From the IMG/VR virus record IMGVR_UViG_2873314349_000003: a stretch of DNA of 64,000 nt, one strand, 5' to 3'. This stretch comes from a virus. Lineage: Duplodnaviria; Caudoviricetes. A program made the translations under genes and the position numbers. The notes beneath the pieces were generated by a model. The model had not been told where the DNA came from. It worked only from the letters and a program-made list of their open reading frames with translations, and made no database searches. Positions 49,069 through 56,871 of this stretch are shown piece after piece (position 1 is the stretch's first letter; each line of letters starts with the position of its first letter).

Positions 49069-49361
49069 GCGTGCTCCAAGGAAGAGCGAGCGGTGAGAGA
49101 TACCAGGTGCTCGGCCACCACGAGCAGGACGGAACCAGTACCGCGCGCGACGTGCACGCACATCCAGCACCCCGCGGCCATGACGTACAGGGCGGGCACC
49201 ACGACCAGGAGCAGACCGCGGCCGGCGCACCGCCACCACCCGGCCCGGCACGCCGCCTCGCTCAGCTGGGCCGGGGTGCGGGCGTCGGCCGTGGCCTCGC
49301 GCAGCGAGCACAGGGCGACAGCGGCCACGGCAAGCAGGCCGGCGAGGATCGTGGCCATCAC
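49065..49361 (-). CDS. Membrane protein
   Basis: Hydrophobic; ATGA-coupled to FtsK. Confidence 0.55.
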   Translation of the reverse strand: MMATILAGLLAVAAVALCSLREATADARTPAQLSEAACRAGWWRCAGRGLLLVVVPALYVMAAGCWMCVHVARGTGSVLLVVAEHLVSLTARSSLEHA

Positions 49362-49546
49362 GCACCTCCGCGGCCGTGTCGCCGGTCGAGCATGGCGAAG
49401 TACTCCGGCGTGTCGAACTCGGGGCAGTCACAGGGCGCGTGCGCGCACAGGGCGCACCGGACCTGGGAGGCGTCGATCTGCCCGGCGGCGTAGGCGTCCA
49501 GGTCGGGGGACGTCTTGATGCTGATGTGGGGCGTCTTCTTGCTCAT
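49358..49546 (-). CDS. Small Cys-rich protein
   Basis: CALC..PCDCP. Confidence 0.6.
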   Translation of the reverse strand: MSKKTPHISIKTSPDLDAYAAGQIDASQVRCALCAHAPCDCPEFDTPEYFAMLDRRHGRGGA

Positions 49547-49559
49547 CGCAGGGCTCCTG

Positions 49560-49760
49560 TCAGGGGTTCTCGATGAGTTGGTCGATGTCGCCGTCGGCGA
49601 GCCGGGTGGTGACCTGGTCGAGGTCCTTGGCGACCTTGGCGTAGTGGCGCATGGCCTCGGTGTCGCCGCGCTTCTTGGCGGCGGCGGCCTTGCGCAGGTT
49701 GCGGGCGGTGGCGTCGGAGCTGCGTTCGATCGCGTCGGCGCGGGTCTTGAACAGCGTCAC
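49560..49760 (-). CDS. Hypothetical protein
   Basis: GGAG RBS; operon context. Confidence 0.6.
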   Translation of the reverse strand: MTLFKTRADAIERSSDATARNLRKAAAAKKRGDTEAMRHYAKVAKDLDQVTTRLADGDIDQLIENP

Positions 49761-49778
49761 GGTCGGCTCTCCAGCGGG

Positions 49779-50228
49779 TCAGGCGGCGATGATGAGGGCG
49801 GTGATGAACAGCCAGCCGATATGCCAGGACTGGTCGAGGGCGTAGGCGCCGGTGCCCAGGTGTGGGGCGTCGTCGCGGCCGGGGCGGGGTGCGCCGAGCC
49901 GGTAGAAGTCGCCCTTGCCGATGCGCTCGGCGAGGGCGGCCAGGGTGGTGCGGCGGTCGGCCCAGTAGTGCGAGGCCGCGTCCACCGCCAGGCCGGCCAG
50001 CACGGCGGCGGGGTGGAGCCGGGCCCCGGTGGCCAGCTCCAGGGCGAGCAGGAACGCGGCCTTGGTGGCGGTGAGCGTGGCGACGTGGCGGGCGCAGGCC
50101 AGGCGCCCCGTTCGGCCGGGGGTGCCCTTGATGCACGCCTGCGCGTGGGTCTGCACCCAGTGGTCGCCGAAGCTGTGCGCGGCGTAGAGGGCGGCGAACA
50201 CAGCGGCGAAAGTCGCGAGGGTCATCAC
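49779..50228 (-). CDS. DUF3307-like membrane protein
   Basis: AH..GDHWVQT, HY.ADRR, LDQSWH. Confidence 0.8.
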   Translation of the reverse strand: MMTLATFAAVFAALYAAHSFGDHWVQTHAQACIKGTPGRTGRLACARHVATLTATKAAFLLALELATGARLHPAAVLAGLAVDAASHYWADRRTTLAALAERIGKGDFYRLGAPRPGRDDAPHLGTGAYALDQSWHIGWLFITALIIAA

Positions 50229-51763
50229 GACACCTCCAGGCGGGTTATGTTGATGTCGTCGGCGTGGACACTCGGCGCGCCGTTCACGGTGGCTGGCGCA
50301 GAGGGCGGCTGGACGACATTGCCGGGCAGGAACCGGTAACCCTTGGCGGTCATCTCTTCGCGCGCCGCCTGGACACGAAGCCGTGCCCAGCCCTTGCTGA
50401 ATCCGTATCGCTCGACGATCTCGCCTTGGGTGGGCGTGCGGCCTTTACGCATGGCCGCGCGGACCCACTTCTCGGCCTCGCGATTGTCCTGCTCATCCGG
50501 ACGATCCCGGTCACTGTCGTGCTCGCTGTCGAGGGCCGGAGAAGTGACCGGCTGGATGACAGGCGAGGGGGTGTCGGCGGGGGGCTGCGGCGGACAGTCG
50601 ATCGTCGTCGCCGTGGTCACTTCATCGTTAGCCGGAGTGATCGGCGAAGTGACCGGTGAAGTGATCGCGGCGATGGCGCCGTGGTGGTCGATGGCCGGCC
50701 CTTCGACCGTCGTCGCGACGGTCATTTCGCCGGGCGCCGGAGTGGTGTCGGCAATGACCATCTGGGTGACCGTGATGAGGTCGGACTGGGTGCGGATGAG
50801 GGCCGCCTGGGCGGCCGTGATCTGTTCGCGGGCTCGGTCGAGCAGTACCGCCCCCTCGGTCGTGGTCTCGTCGGCCTGGACCGCGAGGATCGCCGCCGAG
50901 GGGGACTGCTCGCCGTGGCGGACCGCCCACTTCAACGCCTGCCAGGTCTCCGCGCGGTGGAGCACCCAGCGCAAGACGCTGAACTTGGGGGCCCGTGGGT
51001 CGATGAGCCCAGCGGTGCGGAGCTGGGTTCGGTGCAGGTGCCGGGAGTGCATGGCCCACAACCAGGGCGACAGGATCGACGCCAGGCCGAACATGATGGC
51101 CTGGTCGGTGGGATGCCCGTCCGGGGCGTAGTGGTGGTAGTTGAGCCCGCCCACGATCAGGGCGATGGCGTAGGAGGTGACGCGCAGCCGGAACACACTG
51201 TCGCCTTCGATGAGGGCGACGTGGGCGTGCCAGCCGACGTAGATAGCGATGGACTCCACCACTGCAGCGGCACCGAGCGCGGCCAGCAGATCCCAGCCGA
51301 ACCCCTTGTGGAAGGCGGTGACCTGCCCGGCGATCGCGACCAGGTTGACGCCGACGATCGCGCCGACCAGGACGAGGGTGCGGCGCAGCGTCTCGGCGCG
51401 CCGGCGAGCCGTGCCCCACCAGGCGGCCCGATCGCGGCTTCGGATGTCCTTGCGGTGGCGCTTGGCCTCCTCGGCGCGCTGTCGGCGCCGCAGCCGGGCC
51501 TCGGCGAGGATGTCCTCGCGCCGGGCCTCGGCTTCGGCGTCACGGGCACGCCGCTCGGCTCGCGTGGGCCTGGTCGAGGGCGAGGTCGAGGCGTCGTCCC
51601 AACCATGCGTGGTGTCCTCGGCCGCAGGCATGCGGGTGGTGCTGCGCTCGCGCTCGATCCGGAGCTGGGTGTCGGAGCGCAGCACCTCGGCCTGAGCACG
51701 GCGGGCCTCGGCGTCGGCCTCGGCGACCGCCCGCTCGGCCCGGTGATCGTAGAAGGTGGTCAC
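50225..51763 (-). CDS. Spread (SpdB/DUF2637-like) membrane protein with C-terminal HTH
   Basis: Coiled coil, four TM, Pro/Thr linker, terminal HTH-like segment. Confidence 0.7.
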   Translation of the reverse strand: MTTFYDHRAERAVAEADAEARRAQAEVLRSDTQLRIERERSTTRMPAAEDTTHGWDDASTSPSTRPTRAERRARDAEAEARREDILAEARLRRRQRAEEAKRHRKDIRSRDRAAWWGTARRRAETLRRTLVLVGAIVGVNLVAIAGQVTAFHKGFGWDLLAALGAAAVVESIAIYVGWHAHVALIEGDSVFRLRVTSYAIALIVGGLNYHHYAPDGHPTDQAIMFGLASILSPWLWAMHSRHLHRTQLRTAGLIDPRAPKFSVLRWVLHRAETWQALKWAVRHGEQSPSAAILAVQADETTTEGAVLLDRAREQITAAQAALIRTQSDLITVTQMVIADTTPAPGEMTVATTVEGPAIDHHGAIAAITSPVTSPITPANDEVTTATTIDCPPQPPADTPSPVIQPVTSPALDSEHDSDRDRPDEQDNREAEKWVRAAMRKGRTPTQGEIVERYGFSKGWARLRVQAAREEMTAKGYRFLPGNVVQPPSAPATVNGAPSVHADDINITRLEVS

Positions 51764-51909
51764 GACGCCACCGGCCGGATCACGTAGGCGAGCGCAGCCT
51801 CGAAGCACGCCGGCTCGCACGCCTGCATGAACGACAGCATCGTGGCGGTCTGTGTGGGCGTCAGGTGGGACAGCGCGTCCTGCATGGCCGCGCGGTCGAG
51901 GTCGCTCAT
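51760..51909 (-). CDS. Hypothetical protein
   Basis: Coupled on both sides. Confidence 0.55.
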   Translation of the reverse strand: MSDLDRAAMQDALSHLTPTQTATMLSFMQACEPACFEAALAYVIRPVAS

Positions 51910-52100
51910 CGGGCGCTCCGGGCGGTGTTGTGGGCGTGGATCCGCTCGCGGTCGCGGGCGCACGCGGCGTCGGTCTCTTCGCGCTGGGCGGGGGAGAGGC
52001 GGGGCATCACGGCGTCACGGGTGGGGATGTGCTCGCCGAGTGCCTCGTAGAGGACCCGGATGAGCAGGTCCGTGGCCTCGGCGTTGGACAGGCGGCTCAC
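51906..52100 (-). CDS. Hypothetical protein
   Basis: Coupled on both sides. Confidence 0.55.
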   Translation of the reverse strand: MSRLSNAEATDLLIRVLYEALGEHIPTRDAVMPRLSPAQREETDAACARDRERIHAHNTARSAR

Positions 52101-52261
52101 CGCGGACTCCGGAGGGTGCGGGTGGGGCGGCGGCAGACGTGGCTGCCGGTGAACTGGGCGCTGCAACGCGAGCAGGTGGTGATCGGCGTGGTGGGGGCGT
52201 CGTTGGCACCGGCCGGCCACTGCTGCCGGGCGTGCGGCGCAAGCGAGGGGACTGTGGTCAC
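52097..52261 (-). CDS. Small protein with CxxC..HxC
   Basis: Coupled on both sides. Confidence 0.45.
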   Translation of the reverse strand: MTTVPSLAPHARQQWPAGANDAPTTPITTCSRCSAQFTGSHVCRRPTRTLRSPR

Positions 52262-52587
52262 GACGGCTGCCCGCCAACCGCCGGACAGATCCGGCACGAG
52301 GAGTCGCCGCAGGACGTCGCCGTGGGCGCGGGCATGGCCGACGGGTCGTCGGGGGCGACCGCCTCCCGGGTGGCCTGAATCTGGAGGACCGCGTCGTAGA
52401 GGGCCGCGGAGAACAACTCCAGCTCGGCCTCGTCGAACGTCTCCTCCGTGTGCATGTCGATGATCGTGCGGGCGATGTCGAAGCCGTAGATGCGGATCAG
52501 GTCGATGACGAGGGCCGCGCCGGATCGCAAGCCGAAGGTGAAGATGGACGTGGGGGCGTCGGACGTGGGCGGAGTACGCTCAGCCAT
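52258..52587 (-). CDS. First gene of the leftward transfer operon
   Basis: AGGAGAG RBS. Confidence 0.65.
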   Translation of the reverse strand: MAERTPPTSDAPTSIFTFGLRSGAALVIDLIRIYGFDIARTIIDMHTEETFDEAELELFSAALYDAVLQIQATREAVAPDDPSAMPAPTATSCGDSSCRICPAVGGQPS

Positions 52588-52685
52588 GGATCTCTCTCCT
52601 GTAACGGCAGGTTGGAGGGTCTAGGGCCTGTTCGGTGTTCCAGCACCGGGCAGGCCCGTTTTGCGTTGGTCGCCTCTGACGACTT

Positions 52686-52737
52686 CTTGCGGGTGTGGCC
52701 ACACCCAAGTTACGTTAGGTGTGGCCACACCCGCAAG
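52686..52737. promoter_or_regulatory. Twin palindromic operator
   Basis: GGTGTGGCCACACC at 52692-52705 and 52718-52731 inside a 20-bp inverted repeat. Confidence 0.85.
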
Positions 52738-52795
52738 TCGCATCCAAGGAGAGCTGCAATTGATAACCGAGGGCCATACCCCGTACCGTGATCTC

Positions 52796-52981
52796 GTGCC
52801 CAACCAGCCATCGACCCCGAAGCACGGCGTCCGGATCCCGGACGTCCGGTGGAACGCCTTCGGCGAGCGTGCGCAGCAACAGGGCACCGATCGGACCAAG
52901 TTGATCAACGCGTTCATGGCGTGGTACATCCGCGAACCCGGCGCCGAACTGCCCGAACGTCCATCGGTCGGCGAGGAATAA
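52796..52981 (+). CDS. Ribbon-helix-helix repressor
   Basis: MPNQP.TP...VRIPD..W..F.......GTDR...I..F..WY. Confidence 0.8.
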   Translation: MPNQPSTPKHGVRIPDVRWNAFGERAQQQGTDRTKLINAFMAWYIREPGAELPERPSVGEE

Positions 52982-53030
52982 CGCCAGCTAATAGGCACCT
53001 TTCAATTCAACGTAGGGCGCCATGAGTAAA

Positions 53031-53082
53031 CGATGCACTGAGAGTGCATCGCTGATGCAGCGTGACCGCTCTCAGTGCATCG
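53031..53082. promoter_or_regulatory. Palindromic operator upstream of HTH-NUDIX
   Basis: CGATGCACT-GAG-AGTGCATCG plus a further AGTGCATCG half-site. Confidence 0.7.
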
Positions 53083-53152
53083 CCAGTGCGTCCTTCGACG
53101 CGCTTGTTAACATCAAGGTCCATCCGCTGGTACGGCCCGCAGGGAGCCGGAC

Positions 53153-53815
53153 GTGGACGTCGTAGACCGCTGGACCGGGCGCCATGCCTGCGCTCTCCAG
53201 GCTGCGTTACGCATGACCCACGATGAGTTCGCTGAGTCGCTGGGTGTCGCCCGCAGAACCGTCGCCGCATGGCACGGCAGGCCGGCCGTGGTCTTGCGCT
53301 CCGACATGCAGCGCGCTCTGGACACCGCCTATGAGAGGGCGCCCGCGACAGCCCGGGCCCGATTCATGCAACACCTCGGTCGCCTGCAGCGCGGCCCCGG
53401 CAAGCAAGAGCAGGCGCTCACGGTGGCCATCGCTGTCGTCGTCAAGGATGGGCACGTGCTCCTGGTGTGCAGGCGCGACGCCGAGACGGCAGGCATCACC
53501 TGGCAGTTCGTCGCTGGCGTCGTCAAGCCCGGCGTAGCACCCGAGATCATCGCGGTCCGGGAGACCTTTGCCGAGACCGGCGTGCACTGCTCCGTCCGAA
53601 CGCACCTCGGCAGCCGCCTTCACCCAGTGACGGGCGTCCACTGCGACTACTACCTGTGCGACTACCTTGCAGGGGACGTCGAGAACCGCGACCCCGAAGA
53701 GAATGTGAGCGCCATCTGGGCGCTGCAGACCGCTCTCACCCGCTTCATACCGCCCGAACAGATCTACGCCCCGGTGCTCGACGCCATCGAGGAGAACCAT
53801 GAACGACCAGCCTGA
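53153..53815 (+). CDS. XRE-HTH fused to a degenerate NUDIX domain
   Basis: LRMT.DEFAE.LGV..RTVAAW; GVVKPGV..RETFAETG. Confidence 0.85.
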   Translation: MDVVDRWTGRHACALQAALRMTHDEFAESLGVARRTVAAWHGRPAVVLRSDMQRALDTAYERAPATARARFMQHLGRLQRGPGKQEQALTVAIAVVVKDGHVLLVCRRDAETAGITWQFVAGVVKPGVAPEIIAVRETFAETGVHCSVRTHLGSRLHPVTGVHCDYYLCDYLAGDVENRDPEENVSAIWALQTALTRFIPPEQIYAPVLDAIEENHERPA

Positions 53816-54200
53816 ACGGCCCGCCATTGCCGCTGCCGTCATCGTGGACGACGGTCGACTCCTACTCGTCCGCCGTCGAGTCAGCGAGGGGAGCCTGTCG
53901 TGGCAGTTCCCGGCCGGTGCCGTGGAAGCGGGAGAGTCCGGGGAAGAGGCTGCCGTGCGAGAAACGCGTGAGGAGACGGGCCTCGCGGTCGTCCCGGTCA
54001 AGCATCTCGGGGAACGCATCCACCCGAACACCGGCCGTCTCATGATCTACGTGGCATGCGAGGTGCTCGACGGATCTGCTCATGTGGCCGACGCCGACGA
54101 ACTCGCCGAGGTCGAATGGTGCGATCGCGTGTTGGTGGCAGACCATGTCCCCTACCCGTTCTATGAGCCTGTTCAGGCGTACTTGGACGGGCTCCTCTGA
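53799..54200 (+). CDS. NUDIX hydrolase
   Basis: Canonical GAVEAGE..AAVRETREETG. Confidence 0.9.
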   Translation: MNDQPERPAIAAAVIVDDGRLLLVRRRVSEGSLSWQFPAGAVEAGESGEEAAVRETREETGLAVVPVKHLGERIHPNTGRLMIYVACEVLDGSAHVADADELAEVEWCDRVLVADHVPYPFYEPVQAYLDGLL

Positions 54201-54218
54201 GCCAGTCGCAGCGAGCTC

Positions 54219-55106
54219 CTATGCGCCTGGGTGCTGCTGGGCTGCCCGACGTCGCCGACGTAGTTCACGCTGAGCCTGCGCACGGGCACACTCACGCGAG
54301 CAATACTTCACGCCCTCCGATCGGTATTGTCCGTACTCCGCACGTCCCCGTTGGCGGACGAAGGGGCGGCCGCAGGGCTCATTTGTGCATCTTTTGACGG
54401 GTGTTCCTTCTGCAAGGTGGTTGTACAGCTGCAAGAATGACACGGAGAAGATCGTGGGCCATCTATCGGATAGATCCCCCAGTCCGACGCTGAATTTCCG
54501 TAGCGCGCCGTTCATTGTGTCCTTAAGGTCCGAGAGGCGTAGTTCAATTTCAAGCTTCCTAAGTGCGTTCAAAGATTCTGGCCATAGAAAAGGCTTGTCG
54601 CTATTGAGCTGCTGTAGGAAGCGCAAACGCTCGTCGGAAACATCTGGCTCGACGACCCTCTCCAAGCCTCCTTCTTCCTGGCAGGCCAGCCATGTTTGGA
54701 CGGCGCGCTGAGCGAGACGGATATGGAATGACACCTCCTCGCGGTGGAAGCCTGACCCCGACCTGAAGCGATCGCGGTGCTCCTCTTCGGTAGGAATGGC
54801 TGCAATCTCGTCTTCGTGATCGAGACGCAACGACTGGTGTATTTCCTGAAATTCAAAGGCGAACAGCAAGCCGTAGGTTCTCATGAGATGAGCTGCGGCG
54901 TCGAGGTCGTCGGGTGGCGTTTCAAGTAGCTCCCGCATGTAGAAGTCTTGCGGAAGGTGGATGGGACTCCCTCGCAGGATCCCAGCCGGCCACGCAAGCC
55001 AATCGCCATCTACTTCCACCTCAAGCAATGGAGTCACGGGAGGGGTTGGGATCACAGTCCCCGGCCAGAGCGTAGGACGAAATCGTGGGTCGAGGTATGA
55101 CGTCAT
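54219..55106 (-). CDS. Protein with C-terminal CGNR-like Zn finger
   Basis: RC.NEPCGR.F...YCSREC...RR. Confidence 0.75.
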   Translation of the reverse strand: MTSYLDPRFRPTLWPGTVIPTPPVTPLLEVEVDGDWLAWPAGILRGSPIHLPQDFYMRELLETPPDDLDAAAHLMRTYGLLFAFEFQEIHQSLRLDHEDEIAAIPTEEEHRDRFRSGSGFHREEVSFHIRLAQRAVQTWLACQEEGGLERVVEPDVSDERLRFLQQLNSDKPFLWPESLNALRKLEIELRLSDLKDTMNGALRKFSVGLGDLSDRWPTIFSVSFLQLYNHLAEGTPVKRCTNEPCGRPFVRQRGRAEYGQYRSEGVKYCSRECARAQAQRELRRRRRAAQQHPGA

Positions 55107-55187
55107 GGCGCCACCCTAGCCGCTAGGGTCGTAGCACGTAACCCTCTTCCTCTGTACCACGCCCCCGGCAGACTGGAAGGCTCCCAC

Positions 55188-55940
55188 ATGATCGACATCC
55201 CTGCACGAGCTTCTGCATCCCCCTTCGATGCGCTGCGCCACGAAGATCAGAACGGCGAGTATTGGACCGCCCGTGAGCTCCAGGTCGTCATGGGCTACGA
55301 GAAGTGGGAACACTTCCAAGACGTCATCGAACGCGCCATCCGATCCGCTGAGAACACCGGCACCTACTCTGAGCAGCCTTTTTCCCGGATCCGGGAGAAA
55401 GGCACCGGCGGCGCACCCCGCATCGACTACCGCTTGAGCCGTCACGCGGCCTACCTCGTGGCCATGAACGGCCATCCGAACAAGTCCCAGGTCGCCGCGG
55501 CGCAGGCGTACTTCACGGTCCGAACTCGCGAGGCCGAGGTCGCCATGGCCAAGCCCATGTCTGAGCTGGAGATGGCCCGCAAGTACGTCGCCGTCCTGGA
55601 GCGAGAGGCAGCCCTCTCCAAGGAGTTGGAGGTGGCTAAGCCCAAGGCCACCAAGTGGGAGGCCTACATCAACAGCGACGGCCTGATCGGCATGCGAGAG
55701 CTGGCCGACATCCTGAAGACCAACGTCGTCACGCTCACGAGCTGGCTGGTCGAGGTCAACCTGTTCCGCCGAAGCATCTCGCGGCACGGCGGCGCGCGGA
55801 ACCTCCCCCGGGCCACCACTCAGAACGCTGGCTACTTCGAGACCAAGACCGAGACGGCCAACGGCGCTGTGTTCCCCGTCGCCTACGCCACGCCTCGCGG
55901 GGTGGACGTGGTTGTGGATCTCTGGTGGCGGAAGCAATAA
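55188..55940 (+). CDS. Phage antirepressor (DinD/BRO-like N-terminus, KilAC/ANT C-terminus)
   Basis: EYWTARELQ..MGY..W..F, DY.LSR.A.YL, AQAYF, KPKA, TPRG. Confidence 0.88.
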   Translation: MIDIPARASASPFDALRHEDQNGEYWTARELQVVMGYEKWEHFQDVIERAIRSAENTGTYSEQPFSRIREKGTGGAPRIDYRLSRHAAYLVAMNGHPNKSQVAAAQAYFTVRTREAEVAMAKPMSELEMARKYVAVLEREAALSKELEVAKPKATKWEAYINSDGLIGMRELADILKTNVVTLTSWLVEVNLFRRSISRHGGARNLPRATTQNAGYFETKTETANGAVFPVAYATPRGVDVVVDLWWRKQ

Positions 55941-56415
55941 CCCAATTTGTGTGCAAACGCGGGCGGGGGACCTGGTGCTGCTGGACAACGGTGCGGCCAA
56001 TTACGAGGCCGCCGTCTCAGCCCCCGGACCGCTTCGACATCGGCCGCCCTGCCGTGCCGCATCTCAGCTCTGACCATCGGCATCGGCTACTGCATCGGCG
56101 CCCGTTGGCCTACACCGAGTTGCGGGTGGTCTTCTTCCAGCTCCCTACCCTCAAACTGGGGTGCGCGACCGACAAGCTGAGCTTGTTTGAGCAAATGCTC
56201 ACCGGCGGTCTGACCGCCCTACCGGTCATCTGGTGACCGCCGTGACCAAGACGAGCGCGAAGACGAACCTGCGGCCGGGTCTGTGGCCGGATGTACCCGA
56301 CGATTGCCCGCGCCCTGGACGAGGGCGGCCCGGCCGGGCGGCCACGCACCTACGGAAATCTCTTGCGTAGGTACGGCCGGCCGCCCGGTGAGGAGGTCAG
56401 CCAGAACACCGAGGG

Positions 56416-56871
56416 TCAGGCGATCCGCTGACGGCCGACGAGCGGCAGCCACCCCGCAGAGGACGGCCAGGTGCGGTGCGGCATCTGGGTCCGCAGATCC
56501 AACGCCTCAGCGGCCCAGCCTTCGGCGGCTTTCAGAGCGGGACCGGAGATCTGATCGTAGGCGGGGGCAACCCAGATCCAATGGAAGGCCTCGCGCTTCC
56601 ACCGCTCGGCCAGATGCTTTCTGATCCGCCCGGTCACGCCCTGGGCGCCAGACGCGTTGCCGAGCCACAGGATGCGGTGCTTGGCGTCGAGAGCGAGGTA
56701 CAGGCCGGGAGAGTAGGCCTGAACGCTGTCGACCCGGGACCAGAAAGGCTCGCCGCTGCTGTAGCAGCCCAAGGCGTGCGTCAGGAGCGGGACGTGATGC
56801 CGCTGCAGGACCGGCCCCGGCGCCGAAGCGTCGGCGTACGGGGCGCAGGCCGACGGCCCGATGCCGCTCAT
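56416..56871 (-). CDS. GIY-YIG-like nuclease (divergent)
   Basis: PGLY-x10-WLG, RIRKH, downstream helix Glu; ATGA-coupled to the upstream gene. Confidence 0.6.
   Translation of the reverse strand: MSGIGPSACAPYADASAPGPVLQRHHVPLLTHALGCYSSGEPFWSRVDSVQAYSPGLYLALDAKHRILWLGNASGAQGVTGRIRKHLAERWKREAFHWIWVAPAYDQISGPALKAAEGWAAEALDLRTQMPHRTWPSSAGWLPLVGRQRIA

Larger units (their letters stand above)
41594..54200 (-). mobile_element. TraB/FtsK conjugation-spread module (AICE/plasmid-like)
   Basis: Long leftward run of coupled genes with FtsK, spread-type membrane proteins, NUDIX, and a divergent repressor. Confidence 0.8.

Noticed and set aside
55947-56410. Third gene of the ParB-like/GIY-YIG operon
   Set aside because: No ORF with a convincing RBS or coding bias
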